Positions 49,896 to 60,138 are shown, numbered from the stretch's first letter. The stretch is DNA of 64,000 nt from an uncultured Candidatus Saccharibacteria bacterium (GCA_964654205.1 CAZZHR010000002.1:1800-65799), one strand, 5' to 3'. Numbers and translations: made by a program. Notes: generated from the sequence alone by a model not told the origin.

Positions 49896-51953
49896 TCATA
49901 TATCCAACGTCGCCTCTTTGGCGTGAGACTGAATAAAAGACTTTCTTGCTGGGACGTCGGTGCCCATGAGCATGTCGAATATCATGTCGGCTTCCTGGGC
50001 GTCCTCGATCGCCACTTGCTTGAGGATGCGGCGTGCCGGATCCATTGTGGTCTCCCAGAGTTCTTCGCTGTTCATCTCGCCGAGACCCTTGTAGCGCTGC
50101 ACGGAGATTTTCGCAGTCTTTTTCTTTTTCGCTGCCTCACCGGCGGCTTCTTCTTGCTCGCTCTCCTCTTCTTCGATGAGTTCCTCGGCCTCTATCGGCA
50201 TCTCTTCACCGACGAGCGAGATGCGCTCTTCGTCGGAGTACGCGTACGCGATTTCCTTGCCCTTCTTTATCTTGAAGAGTGGCGGCTGGGCGATATAGAG
50301 AAAGCCACCTTCTATCACCGGCTTAAAGTGGCGGTACATGAGCGTGAGGAGGAGCGTGCGGATATGCGCGCCGTCCACGTCGGCATCGGTCGCGATGATT
50401 ATTTTGTGGTAGCGGAGCTTCTCGATGTTGAAGATGTCGCCAATCGCGGTGCCAAGCGCAACGACGAGATTCTTTATCTGCTCGCTCGCGAGCATCTTGT
50501 CGAGGCGGGCGCGCTCGATGTTGAGTATTTTGCCGCGCAAAGGGAGAATGGCCTGGATACGTCTGTCGCGGCCCATTTTCGCCGTGCCTCCCGCCGAGTC
50601 TCCCTCGACGATGAAGAGCTCAGACTCCTCCGCGCTTTTGCTCTGGCAGTCGGCGAGCTTGCCAGGCAGTGTCATACCGTCGAGCGCTCCTTTGCGTAAG
50701 ATGGAGTCTTTCGCAGCCTTCGCGGCCTTGCGCGCTTTCATCGCGAGCGTGATTTTCCCGATGATTGCTCGCGCCTCATCCGGGTTCTCTTCCAAGAAGG
50801 TCGAGAATGCCTCGCCGAAGATTGCTTCGGTCGCACCGCGCGCCTCCACGCTCCCGAGCTTCCCCTTGGTCTGACCTTCAAACTGTATCTCACGAAGCTT
50901 TACGGAAACCACTGCCGTGAGGCCTTCGAGCACGTCGTCGCCGGTGAAGCTCTCGCTGCCGCCATTCTTGCTGTTGATCGAGCGTGTGAGCGCCGTCTTG
51001 AAGCCGGTCACATGCGTGCCGCCTTCAGCGTTGTAGATATTGTTGGCAAATGCGGAGATGCGCGAGGTGATGTCGTCGACGTACTGAAGTGCGACTTCGA
51101 CCTGCACGCCGTCTTGCTCCTTTTCGACATAAAAGATCGTCTTGTGTATCGGCTCGAGGTGATGATTTTGGAAAGAAACGAGCGAGCGGAGCCCACCTTC
51201 GAAGTAAAAGGTCATCGACGGCGCATCGAGCCCGAGTTCTCTCAGGTAAAAAACACCCTCGTCGTCCACCGTACCCGCGTTGCGTAAGTCGATGATTGAA
51301 ATGCGCAGCCCCTTCACCAGGTACGCTTGCTGGCGCATGTGCGAGACGATGGTGTCCCAATTGAATGTGGTATCGGGAAAGATGCTTTTATCGGGCTGGA
51401 ACGTGATGATGGTGCCGTGCAGCTTAGAGCTGCCGACTTTCTTGACCTTGCTCACCGCTTTGCCGCCGTCCTTGTATTCTTGTACGTGTTCGCCGCCGTC
51501 GCGGTGCACGACAGCGCGCACTTTCGTGGAAAGCGCATTGACCACCGACGCGCCGACACCGTGGAGGCCGCCCGAGACTTTGTAGCCCTCCCCTCCGAAT
51601 TTGCCGCCCGCGTGGAGCGTGGTCATGATTGTCTCGAGCGCTGAGACCTTGGTCTTCGGATGTATATCTACTGGGATTCCGCGGCCATTGTCGGCGACGC
51701 GCACGCGATTGCCCGGAAGCAGCGCTATCTCGATATCATCAGCAAAGCCGCCCATCGCTTCGTCGCGCGAGTTGTCGAAGATCTCCCACACAAGGTGGTG
51801 GAGACCTGAAGTGCCGGTCGTACCGATGTACATGCCCGGCCTCCGGCGTACCGCCTCGAGACCTTCGAGCACTGTGATGTCGGCTGCCCCGTACGAAGAC
51901 GCGCCCTTTTTCTGGGCGGTTTCTGCGGCCTTTTTTGCCTTAGTTTCAGCCAT
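49896..51953 (-). CDS. gyrB: DNA gyrase subunit B (685 aa)
   Basis: GHKL ATPase N-terminus, TOPRIM EGDSAGG and PLRGKILN; C-terminus ...SFIQSHAKEATLDI. Confidence 0.95.
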   Translation of the reverse strand: MAETKAKKAAETAQKKGASSYGAADITVLEGLEAVRRRPGMYIGTTGTSGLHHLVWEIFDNSRDEAMGGFADDIEIALLPGNRVRVADNGRGIPVDIHPKTKVSALETIMTTLHAGGKFGGEGYKVSGGLHGVGASVVNALSTKVRAVVHRDGGEHVQEYKDGGKAVSKVKKVGSSKLHGTIITFQPDKSIFPDTTFNWDTIVSHMRQQAYLVKGLRISIIDLRNAGTVDDEGVFYLRELGLDAPSMTFYFEGGLRSLVSFQNHHLEPIHKTIFYVEKEQDGVQVEVALQYVDDITSRISAFANNIYNAEGGTHVTGFKTALTRSINSKNGGSESFTGDDVLEGLTAVVSVKLREIQFEGQTKGKLGSVEARGATEAIFGEAFSTFLEENPDEARAIIGKITLAMKARKAAKAAKDSILRKGALDGMTLPGKLADCQSKSAEESELFIVEGDSAGGTAKMGRDRRIQAILPLRGKILNIERARLDKMLASEQIKNLVVALGTAIGDIFNIEKLRYHKIIIATDADVDGAHIRTLLLTLMYRHFKPVIEGGFLYIAQPPLFKIKKGKEIAYAYSDEERISLVGEEMPIEAEELIEEEESEQEEAAGEAAKKKKTAKISVQRYKGLGEMNSEELWETTMDPARRILKQVAIEDAQEADMIFDMLMGTDVPARKSFIQSHAKEATLDI

Positions 51954-52023
51954 AATTTAGTGCTTTCAGTGTATCAAAAAACAAGCCCTCTGGCTAGGCC
52001 TTTTCCCGCCTGCGAGTGCGCAT

Positions 52024-53868
52024 TTAGCGCACCTCCCAACCCCTCGTTTTTACCGCCGCACTCACGCTCTCCATGCGCTCGTTTGCGTCTTCGTCGGTGA
52101 GTGTGCGGTCGAACGACTGCAATACGAGCCGGAATGCGTACGAGACGCGGTCGTCCTTCTTGAACTCGTCGAAGAGCGAGCTGCGCACGAGGAGCTCCCC
52201 CGCCGCGCTGCGTATGACGCTGAGAACTTCATCTGCATTTGTATCCTCAGGGACCCAGAGTGCGATGTCGCGGACAATGAACGGGTACTTTGAATACGGC
52301 TGGTAACGATCCGCCTTAGTGAAGGAAATGTTTGGATACGTTCCGGCCTCACCATGCTCGGCCAAGTACTCGTCGAGTAGCTTTTTGTAGTCATCGGCAG
52401 TCTTCATCTTTTTGACCTTTTCTACAGCAAGTTCGACGGTGATTTCTTCATTACCACCCTTCCACACTGTCCCTATTTCAAACAGTTTCACTTGGCTGAG
52501 TCCGAGCAGATCTTTGTTGCGCACATTTTTCTCAAGCGCTTCTTGGAGCGACTCCGTGAGCTCCCTGCGCAGGTGCGGCTTCACGCCGTCGACTTTGTTG
52601 AGCACGACACGGTCGCCTTTGGTGGTAAATACTGATGTAAAGACTTCGCTGAAGCCCTCTCGCGCGAGAAATTCTCGGATGCGCTCACTCCGTGCATATT
52701 CTTGGTTGACCTCCGGCTGTCCTGGCATGGCGGGCAGCTCTACCGACGGCACGTGCTCGTACCCCGCGATGCGCGCTATCTCTTCGACGAGGTCTTCAGG
52801 TCCGCCAGCTGGCGGAGAGAGGTCGAGCCGCTCGAATGGTACGTGCACTTCGAACTCATCGCCTCGCTCTTCATGCGCGAGGTCGAGACGGGTGAGAATC
52901 TCGGCGATTTTTTCTGGTGTGAACGATGTACCAAGCACCTTGTTGATGTGCGCCACAGATACGCTCGCGGTCTGCTTCTGTGCTCGCGTGGGGTACTCAT
53001 CCACGTACCCGACGAGCTCGCCGCCCGCAAGCTCGAGCACCATTTCCGCCGCAGCTTTGAGTCCGTACGCCGCAAGTTCAGGGGAAATCACTTGTTCGAA
53101 TCGCGCCGACGCGTCGGTGCGGAGCTTGAGAGATTGCGACGTCTTTCGTATGGTCACACCGTCCCAATTGGCCGCTTCGAGGAGCACGTCTTCGGTGTCC
53201 TCGTCGATGCCCGTCGGAAGACCCCCTTTGACGCCCGCGATACTCACTGCCGCACCGGCGTGCGCATCTTCTATCGCGAGCATTGCCTCAGTGAGCTCGT
53301 ATTTCTTTTCATCGAGCCCGACGAGCGACTCCCCTTTTTGTGCTTTGCGGACGATGAGCGCGCGTACACCCTCTTTCTCTCGCAGCTTAGCCATATCGAA
53401 CGCATGGAGTGGCTGGCCGAGATGGAACATCACGTAGTTCGTGACGTCGACCACATTGTTTATCGGGCGCTGTCCGATGCTCTCGAGCGCCTTCTGGATG
53501 TGTGCGGGCGAAGGACCGACTTTGACCCCGCGTATGTGCGCTGCCGTAAAGCGCGTGCAAAGCGCCGGAGCCTGGATATCCACGCGAATACTATCTGTCT
53601 TGGGCTCAATAGTAATTTTCTGCCGCAGCGGGTCGCCTTTCATCGGAATCTGCAAAATCGCCGAGAGCTCTTTGGCAATGCCGCGATGCGAGAGGCAATC
53701 GTGGCCGCGATTGGGCGTAACTTTCACATCGAGAATGTCTCCGCCAGCTGGCGGACTCGATATACTCTCTATCTCAAATGCGTGGAACGTGAGCGCATCG
53801 CCAAGCTTCTGCGCGTCCGGCAACGGCGCATCGAAAAAAGTCTGGAGCCATTCGCGAGAGATTTTCAT
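52024..53868 (-). CDS. pheT: Phenylalanine--tRNA ligase beta subunit (compact, 614 aa)
   Basis: Begins MKISREWLQTFF (the tRNA-binding / B3-4 domain start); start codon is 3 nt after the pheS stop. Confidence 0.85.
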   Translation of the reverse strand: MKISREWLQTFFDAPLPDAQKLGDALTFHAFEIESISSPPAGGDILDVKVTPNRGHDCLSHRGIAKELSAILQIPMKGDPLRQKITIEPKTDSIRVDIQAPALCTRFTAAHIRGVKVGPSPAHIQKALESIGQRPINNVVDVTNYVMFHLGQPLHAFDMAKLREKEGVRALIVRKAQKGESLVGLDEKKYELTEAMLAIEDAHAGAAVSIAGVKGGLPTGIDEDTEDVLLEAANWDGVTIRKTSQSLKLRTDASARFEQVISPELAAYGLKAAAEMVLELAGGELVGYVDEYPTRAQKQTASVSVAHINKVLGTSFTPEKIAEILTRLDLAHEERGDEFEVHVPFERLDLSPPAGGPEDLVEEIARIAGYEHVPSVELPAMPGQPEVNQEYARSERIREFLAREGFSEVFTSVFTTKGDRVVLNKVDGVKPHLRRELTESLQEALEKNVRNKDLLGLSQVKLFEIGTVWKGGNEEITVELAVEKVKKMKTADDYKKLLDEYLAEHGEAGTYPNISFTKADRYQPYSKYPFIVRDIALWVPEDTNADEVLSVIRSAAGELLVRSSLFDEFKKDDRVSYAFRLVLQSFDRTLTDEDANERMESVSAAVKTRGWEVR

Positions 53869-53870
53869 GA

Positions 53871-54611
53871 CTAGAATTGGTTGATGAAGCGGAGATCCGC
53901 AGAGTGCATGTGGCGCACGTCGTCTATCCCCCAGCGGAGCATCGCCAGTCGGTCGAGCCCCATGCCGAATGCGAATCCACGGTACCTCTCGGGGTCGACA
54001 CCTGCGTTGCGGAGTACCGAGGGATGCACCATGCCCGCGCCCATCATCTCTATCCAACGGTCTTTCAGCTTCTCCGGCACATCGCTTCCGACGAGGCGCA
54101 TATCTACCTCGACGCCCGGCTCGACAAAGGGAAAGAAGCTCGGACGGAAACGTACCTCGACATTGGCGCCCTTAAAGAGTTCCTTGAAAAACTTTTCGAG
54201 CGTACCTTTGAGGTGCGCGAGCGTGATGTCCTCGCCGACCGCGAGCCCTTCTATCTGGAAAAATTCAGCTTCGTGCGTCATGTCGGTCGCTTCGTTGCGG
54301 AAGACCTTGCCCGGGACAATCACGCGATACGGAGGCTTCTTGCCAGCTTTGATTTGCGCTTCCATGTAGCGCACCTGCACCGGCGAGGTGTGCGTGCGGA
54401 GCACATAGCCCGGTTCGTCTTTGATAAAGAATGTGTCCTGCATGTCGCGCGCGGGATGGTCTTTCGGCACATTGAGTGCATCGAAGTTATACCACTCGCT
54501 CTCGAGGAGCGGGCCGGACGCGAGCGTGAAGCCCATCCCGTAGAAAATCCGATTTGCTTCTCGGATGAGGTGGGAAATGGGATGCAGGTGCCCCGCAGAA
54601 TGCATGGCCAC
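53871..54611 (-). CDS. pheS: Phenylalanine--tRNA ligase alpha subunit, catalytic core only (246 aa)
   Basis: Class II motifs: FRNEATD..HEAEFFQIEG, GAGMVHP and FAFGMGLDRLAMLRWGIDD. Confidence 0.9.
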   Translation of the reverse strand: MAMHSAGHLHPISHLIREANRIFYGMGFTLASGPLLESEWYNFDALNVPKDHPARDMQDTFFIKDEPGYVLRTHTSPVQVRYMEAQIKAGKKPPYRVIVPGKVFRNEATDMTHEAEFFQIEGLAVGEDITLAHLKGTLEKFFKELFKGANVEVRFRPSFFPFVEPGVEVDMRLVGSDVPEKLKDRWIEMMGAGMVHPSVLRNAGVDPERYRGFAFGMGLDRLAMLRWGIDDVRHMHSADLRFINQF

Positions 54612-54653
54612 CAGTATATCCCACGGGCGCTCAAATTCTACGTAAATGGGTCA

Positions 54654-54689
54654 CTCCTGTATTTTCACCAATTGGTGAATTTACTGGAG
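54654..54689. promoter_or_regulatory. 36-nt near-palindromic element, copy 2 (extends to a 42-bp palindrome, 54651-54692), 40 nt upstream of pheS
   Basis: ctcctgtattttcaccaattggtgaatttactggag; perfect 16-bp core TTCACCAATTGGTGAA. Confidence 0.7.
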
Positions 54690-54805
54690 TGAGATATTCA
54701 ACCACCGATAGCAACAGGGTTGGAGAATGAGAGCTGCGCAGCCTCCCCATGATGACAGGGTCGCATCGACACGATGCAGCGCTCGAGCCCAGTTCCAATG
54801 AAAAG

Positions 54806-55627
54806 CTAGAATCCGTCCACCTCGTAGAGCTCGTCGTCGTCTTTTACGATGAACCTGCCATCGATAAGGCGGGCATCGGACCCGCGGCGGGCATAGATGG
54901 GAGCAATGACCGATGTAGGGCGCACGTCGGGCTCCGCAAAGAAAACGCCCCCTTCTTCAGTGATATACACGACGTTGTCGCCTATGTAGAACGCTCCTGT
55001 CGCCTTCTGCCTCGTCTCCTCGACGGGTATCTGACGCACGCAGTACGACGGCCGACCACAGAATCGGCTGGGCGGTATCGTCGATGGATCGAGCAAGCGC
55101 ACGTACACATCTCCCTTCTCCACGAAAAGGGTCTCTCCTTCGCGGCCGACAGTAGTGGAAGCAAGTTCGACTTCGAAAGCGTCGAGGTACGCATCATATT
55201 GTGCGCGTGGAATCGAGCGTGTCGAGGTCGAGGTCGTGCTTACAAATGTGAGGGGGACTACATCGATGGCTTCTGGAATGAGGACGGCGCGGGCATCAGT
55301 GACAACCTCCGGCTCCACAACGAGTGTGCGGTACCATGGCAGTGCGTCTTCACGCTCTACGCGTATCTCGTATGCATCGGGCGACAGGCTATCGATGTAG
55401 AATCCTCTGTTCAAAAGTCCGCTGCGCCCCACCTCCTCACCGTTCATGTGTACGACTGCGTCGTTGTACGGGACTGACAAGTAGATACCCCCCGTGCGGA
55501 AAATCCCGAATTCGGAACTGAATCGATACCCGCTAGCGAAGAAAATCGCGACCGGGATGCAGACGAGGAACAGAACGAGGAAAATCGCGAAATATATCCT
55601 GCGCACGAGTGAGGAGAGAGGTTGCAT
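54806..55627 (-). CDS. Membrane-anchored hypothetical protein (273 aa)
   Basis: N-terminal TM helix FAIFLVLFLVCIPVAIFF with an extracytoplasmic body; sits next to the GT2 gene. Confidence 0.5.
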   Translation of the reverse strand: MQPLSSLVRRIYFAIFLVLFLVCIPVAIFFASGYRFSSEFGIFRTGGIYLSVPYNDAVVHMNGEEVGRSGLLNRGFYIDSLSPDAYEIRVEREDALPWYRTLVVEPEVVTDARAVLIPEAIDVVPLTFVSTTSTSTRSIPRAQYDAYLDAFEVELASTTVGREGETLFVEKGDVYVRLLDPSTIPPSRFCGRPSYCVRQIPVEETRQKATGAFYIGDNVVYITEEGGVFFAEPDVRPTSVIAPIYARRGSDARLIDGRFIVKDDDELYEVDGF

Positions 55628-55636
55628 ACTGAAGCC

Positions 55637-57187
55637 TTAGCCGGAAACGCGCTCCTTTGGCGTCACCCAAAATGAAAGGTACCTGCCAAAAAGGAGCCGC
55701 ATCTGCGAGTCGAGTCCTGGAAGCGAGCTGAAGATGACCATGGTAATCGGCACAAGGAGCCACTGCAAGAGCATCATCGCATGTTTTACCCTCCCGTGTT
55801 GCGCGGGTCGCGCAGGCAAAAGGTACATGCAGAGCGCCGCGGAGATGATGAGGCCGAACATAGCGAGCATGAGGAAGATGCGCGCAACGAACGGCAGGTT
55901 GTAGGAGAGCACGGTGGCATTAAACGCCTTACCTCCGATAAAGAGCGGAAGCCAGCCTACAATGAAGAGTATGAGTGGGTGCGTCGTGAGCGACCAGAAA
56001 CCTTCGATCTGCACGAATGCAGCGCGAACTTTCTTGCCGAGCGGGATGCGCGGATTTTTGATAAACGCGAAAAGAATGTACGCGATATTCTCCGCGCCGT
56101 ATGTCCAGCGGCGATGCTGCTTGTAGATGTTCTTGAACGTACCCCAGAATGTGGGTGCAACATTGGCATCCATCGAGACAGGGTACGCCATGGGCACGAC
56201 GCGGTAGTCGCCATCGTAGCGCACAAAAAGATTCCAGAATATGCGCGAGTCCTCGGAGACGACATTGCGCTGCCAGTACCCCGCTTCTCTGAGCGCCTTG
56301 AAAGGCACCGCATGTGAGGAGAATGTCGCGAGCTTTTCCGGACGCTCCTGCTGTATCATTTGCCAGAAGGAGCTCGAGTAGGCCATGACTCTAGCGAGCA
56401 TGGGCGCGTCCCAGATATTGTTGTTGTAGAGCGGGACTGGCTGGAACGATGCCCGCTCAGGGCGCTCGGCGGTGAGGTAGTACCACGTGAGACATGCGAA
56501 ATATTGAGGGTACACGACCGTGTCGATATCAAACGCGGAGACGAGGACATCGCCGTACGGTATTCCCTGCGCGTCGAGGATACGCTTCCTCGCCTCCTCG
56601 GCAGCATACGAAATGTTGGAGCCTTTGCCCGGTATCTCGCCAGGCATGTCAGCAGGATGGATGGTGTGGATGATGGAAAGGAATGTCCCCTGAAATTCCC
56701 GCTCCACCTGCTCCGCAATCGCGCGCGCTTTTTCCCCCGCCCGCTCCTCCGCCGCGAGCACAACCGCGATGCGCTTGGGGTCCCACGATGCTCTGAGGAG
56801 CGCTTGAATGCTGTCCACCACTACCTCATACGGTTCGTCGTAAAAGGGAAAGATGACGAGGTGCACGACATGCGAATATTTTAAATTGTCCAGACGCTCC
56901 CTCCAATTGATGGAGAGGTGGTGTCGGATGCGTTTGAAATCGTGGCGAAGATGTACCGAGAGGTACATGGTCTTGAAGAGCCAGTACGCGGCAAAAACGA
57001 TGGTGAGGTACGCCGCCCACACAGGCTTTACAAACGAGAGTACGATGAAGGCGCCGAGCGTGCCGAGAGAGAGCAGACCCGGCAGCATTTCGAAAAAGCG
57101 ATAGAGAATCCTGTCGCGCCCCACAAGGTCACTCGCGCGGCCAATGTGCAAGTACCAATACGAATCTGTCTGTTGTGTGTCCGACAT
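55637..57187 (-). CDS. Family 2 membrane glycosyltransferase (processive synthase-like)
   Basis: DxD-type SAFDIDTV; QHRRW motif (QxxRW); multiple TM helices at both ends. Confidence 0.7.
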   Translation of the reverse strand: MSDTQQTDSYWYLHIGRASDLVGRDRILYRFFEMLPGLLSLGTLGAFIVLSFVKPVWAAYLTIVFAAYWLFKTMYLSVHLRHDFKRIRHHLSINWRERLDNLKYSHVVHLVIFPFYDEPYEVVVDSIQALLRASWDPKRIAVVLAAEERAGEKARAIAEQVEREFQGTFLSIIHTIHPADMPGEIPGKGSNISYAAEEARKRILDAQGIPYGDVLVSAFDIDTVVYPQYFACLTWYYLTAERPERASFQPVPLYNNNIWDAPMLARVMAYSSSFWQMIQQERPEKLATFSSHAVPFKALREAGYWQRNVVSEDSRIFWNLFVRYDGDYRVVPMAYPVSMDANVAPTFWGTFKNIYKQHRRWTYGAENIAYILFAFIKNPRIPLGKKVRAAFVQIEGFWSLTTHPLILFIVGWLPLFIGGKAFNATVLSYNLPFVARIFLMLAMFGLIISAALCMYLLPARPAQHGRVKHAMMLLQWLLVPITMVIFSSLPGLDSQMRLLFGRYLSFWVTPKERVSG

Positions 57188-57199
57188 GGTGAAAATTTG

Positions 57200-57272
57200 A
57201 GCCGCTTCCCGGACTCGAACCGGGGACCTTCGCTTTACAAAAGCGTTGCTCTACCAACTGAGCTAAAGCGGC
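57200..57272 (-). tRNA. tRNA-Thr (anticodon TGT)
   Basis: Minus-strand fold: acceptor GCCGCTT/AAGCGGC, D-arm TAGCTCAGTTGGTAGAGC, anticodon loop TTTGTAA, T-arm CCCGGTTCGAGTCCGGG. Confidence 0.8.
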
Positions 57273-57287
57273 AGCGAAAAAAGGATA

Positions 57288-57698
57288 CTACACTTCTTCG
57301 CGTTCGTCGTGCCCGCCATTCTTTACGTCCCCCACTTGTTTCAGAAAGTTTGAACGTGGGCCCTGCGGCCTGTCAGATCGCTTCTCGAAAGAGCGCTTGT
57401 GCGATACGAGGTCGGCAATCTTGTGCGACTGCGTTTCCGCGAGGCGCGCGAGCTTCGCCGCTCCAAGCGCAAGCTCGTGAAGCGCGTAGCGTGTGAGCAG
57501 CACGAGCATCGGCGGAACACGCGCGAGAAGAATGCCTGTACGAAGAATCATCGATTTGAGCGCAAGGGCAAAATCATCGCAGAACCCTCGAAGGCGCGGG
57601 AAGAAAATGCCACCGCGCTTAGCCTCGACGGCCTTCAATGTGAAGAGGAGGGCGAGACCGGCAAGAGACGCAAAGAAGAACGACGCGGCGACAACCAT
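57288..57698 (-). CDS. Possible hypothetical protein (136 aa) immediately downstream of tsf
   Basis: ATG overlaps the tsf stop (taaATG); hydrophobic N-terminus; codon bias only moderate. Confidence 0.3.
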   Translation of the reverse strand: MVVAASFFFASLAGLALLFTLKAVEAKRGGIFFPRLRGFCDDFALALKSMILRTGILLARVPPMLVLLTRYALHELALGAAKLARLAETQSHKIADLVSHKRSFEKRSDRPQGPRSNFLKQVGDVKNGGHDEREEV

Positions 57699-57699
57699 G

Positions 57700-58281
57700 T
57701 TATTTCACGGAGAGGCGTTCGAATCGAACTACCTCGATCTTCTCGCCAAACTTCTGTACGTGCGAATCGATGAGTTCTTTTATCGTGATCTCACCATTCT
57801 TCACGAACGGCTGATCCATGAGCACGCGCTCTTTGAGGTACGCATCGAGTTTGCCCTGCACCGCCATGTCGCGTTTTGCTTCGGGTACGTTCGCAGCTTC
57901 CTGCATAAAGACTTCCTTCGCAGCTCGGACGTCCGCATCCTTCACGTCATCACGCGTCTTGAACAGCGGCTTCATCGCCGCCACGTGCATCGCGATATCA
58001 CGCGCGAGCTTCGCGAACTCCTCATTCTTCGATACGAAGTCTGTCTCGCACGCGAGCACGATAGCGCCGACCACGCTTCCCCCCGCGTGGACATATGCGG
58101 ACGCGACGCCCGCACCGAGCTCTCTGTCTGCCTTCTTCGTGGCGATAGCGGCAGATGCCTTGCGGAGGATGACCTTCGCTTTTTCTATATCGCCGCCCGC
58201 TTCTTCGAGCGCCTTCTTACATTGCATGATTGAAACCCCTGTTTCATCGCGCAAAGCTTTCAAATCGTCGGATACTGCCAT
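57700..58281 (-). CDS. tsf: Elongation factor Ts (short form)
   Basis: N-terminal UBA-like LRDETGVSIMQCKKALEEAGGDIEKAKVILRK; dimerisation core. Confidence 0.9.
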   Translation of the reverse strand: MAVSDDLKALRDETGVSIMQCKKALEEAGGDIEKAKVILRKASAAIATKKADRELGAGVASAYVHAGGSVVGAIVLACETDFVSKNEEFAKLARDIAMHVAAMKPLFKTRDDVKDADVRAAKEVFMQEAANVPEAKRDMAVQGKLDAYLKERVLMDQPFVKNGEITIKELIDSHVQKFGEKIEVVRFERLSVK

Positions 58282-58322
58282 AGTACAAGGTGGCCCCGAG
58301 GGCCGATTTACGGATTATAACA

Positions 58323-59072
58323 CTAGCGCTGCGCTGCAGCTTTCGCCGCAGACGAGCTGGCCGGTGCGGGTGCGCCTGCATGACCAGGCATGCGCTTGCC
58401 AGTCTGGTACGCCTCCGCTATCGCTTCCGCGACGAGGCGGATGCTGCGGACGGACGTATCGTTCCCCGGTATCGGGTACTGTACGAGCGCGAAATCACAA
58501 TCGCTCGACGCGAGACCGACGACGGGGATGCCAAGCTGGTTGGCCTCCTTGACTGCCGTCTCCTCGTGGCGCGAATCGACGACGAAGAGCGCGCCGGGAA
58601 GTTCGTTCATAGACACAAGTCCTCCGAAGCGCGCGAGGAGCTCCTCGATCTCGCGATCGATGAGGAGGCGCTCCTTCTTTGTGTATTTCTCAAGCTCGCC
58701 GGATTCACGCTCCGCCGTGAGCTTCTGGAGGCGGTCGATGCGCTTGCGGATATTCTTGAAATTCGTGAGGCTTCCACCGATCCAGCGGCCTGCTACGTAT
58801 GGTGCGCCGATTTTCTCCGCGAGATTCTGCACAGTCGCGACGGCCTCGTGCTTACCACCGACGAAGAGGACTTGTTTGCCGCTCTGCGCGATTGATGCGA
58901 CGAAGTCGCACGCTGCCGCGAGTCGGCGACCTGTTTCCTCGAGGTCAAAGATGTCCGTCCTGTCCTTGGTGCCAAAAATGTATGGTGCGGCTGAGGGGTG
59001 GCGGCGTGCGCGCGCGTAGCCGAAGTGAGCCCCGGCCTCAAAAAGATTCTTGATATCAGCTGTCGATGCCAT
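58323..59072 (-). CDS. rpsB: 30S ribosomal protein S2
   Basis: LFEAGAHFGYARARRHPSAAPYIFGTKDRTDIFDLEET... Confidence 0.9.
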   Translation of the reverse strand: MASTADIKNLFEAGAHFGYARARRHPSAAPYIFGTKDRTDIFDLEETGRRLAAACDFVASIAQSGKQVLFVGGKHEAVATVQNLAEKIGAPYVAGRWIGGSLTNFKNIRKRIDRLQKLTAERESGELEKYTKKERLLIDREIEELLARFGGLVSMNELPGALFVVDSRHEETAVKEANQLGIPVVGLASSDCDFALVQYPIPGNDTSVRSIRLVAEAIAEAYQTGKRMPGHAGAPAPASSSAAKAAAQR

Positions 59073-59144
59073 GTATATGTTGAATCCGCCCTTGGGCGGA
59101 GTGTTGGGATAGTACCAGAGCCTGCCACCTCTCGCAAGCGAGGA

Positions 59145-60130
59145 TTAGTCCTCTTCTCCGGAGAGCTCCCCTCCCTCTGCTGCCGCAAGCGCCTCGAGAA
59201 TGGGAGCTATGCGCCCGGCCATAATCCCCTCAATATTCGACCATGATTCCTTGATGCGGTGGTCGGTCACCCTATCCTGGGGGAAATTGTACGTGCGTAT
59301 CTTTTCCGACCTATCGCCGGTGCCAACTTGCTGCTTGCGGTTTGCCGCGCGCTCGCGCGCCTCCTTTTCGTCCTGCATCTGCTGGAGCCGACTCGCGAGG
59401 AGTTGGTAAGCCTTTTCCTTATTTTGCGCCTGACTCCGCTCCGACGTGCAGCGCACATCCATGCCGGTCGGTTTGTGGATGAGTCGCACTGCCGTCTCTA
59501 CTTTGTTCACGTTCTGCCCGCCAGCCCCGCCCGAGCGACTCGTCTCGATGTCGATGTCTGACCAGTTGAGGTCGACTTTCGTGCGCTTGTAGACGGGGAG
59601 AATGACGACCGACGCAGTCGATGTGTGGATCCGGCCGGCTTTTTCCGTGGCCGGCACGCGCTGCACGCGGTGCACGCCTGTCTCGTACTGGAGTGCGCGG
59701 AATACATCCTGACCTTTTATCTCGAATTGTGCCTCTTTATATCCGCCGAGTCCCGCGCGCGACTCATCGAGCGAGCGCGTCTTCCAGCCCTTTGACTCTG
59801 CGTAGCGCAGGTACATGCGCGCGAGCTCTTCGGCAAAGAGCGACGCCTCCTCGCCCCCGACGCCAGCGCGTACCTCCAGGACGATTTCATTCGGCCACTC
59901 GCGCTCGCCCACTTTGCCGACGATGCCCTCCATCTGCGCCATGAGTGCATTCTTTTGCTGACCTATCTCTTCGAGTTCCTTCTCCGCGAGATCTTTCATC
60001 GTAGGATCGACCTCGACGAGCTCACTGGCATCTTTCTCGGCTTGCGAGAGTCGCTTCCACTCCTGGACTAAATACGAAACCCGCGGGTCATCCGCATATT
60101 CGAGGGGGTCGATGTGTTTCGTTTCGGTCA
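59145..60130 (-). CDS. prfA: Peptide chain release factor 1
   Basis: GGQ motif [18 protein letters not shown]; RF1-type PAT tripeptide in [14 protein letters not shown]; start set at MTETK (the ORF-track start at 60155 would lie inside the hairpin). Confidence 0.8.
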
Positions 60131-60138
60131 TACCTATA

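Noticed and set aside
49827-49898. Alternative genetic code (TGA read as sense, code 25) suggested by the in-frame gyrB tail extension
   Set aside because: All large housekeeping ORFs (rpoB, rpoC, dnaE, smc) are intact with standard stops and would need many internal TGA codons under code 25; TGA is used as a normal stop elsewhere.
54612-54805. T-box riboswitch leader upstream of pheS
   Set aside because: No T-box consensus (AGGGTGGNACCGCG) or specifier-loop architecture; the region instead holds the 42-bp dyad element shared with the khpA upstream region.
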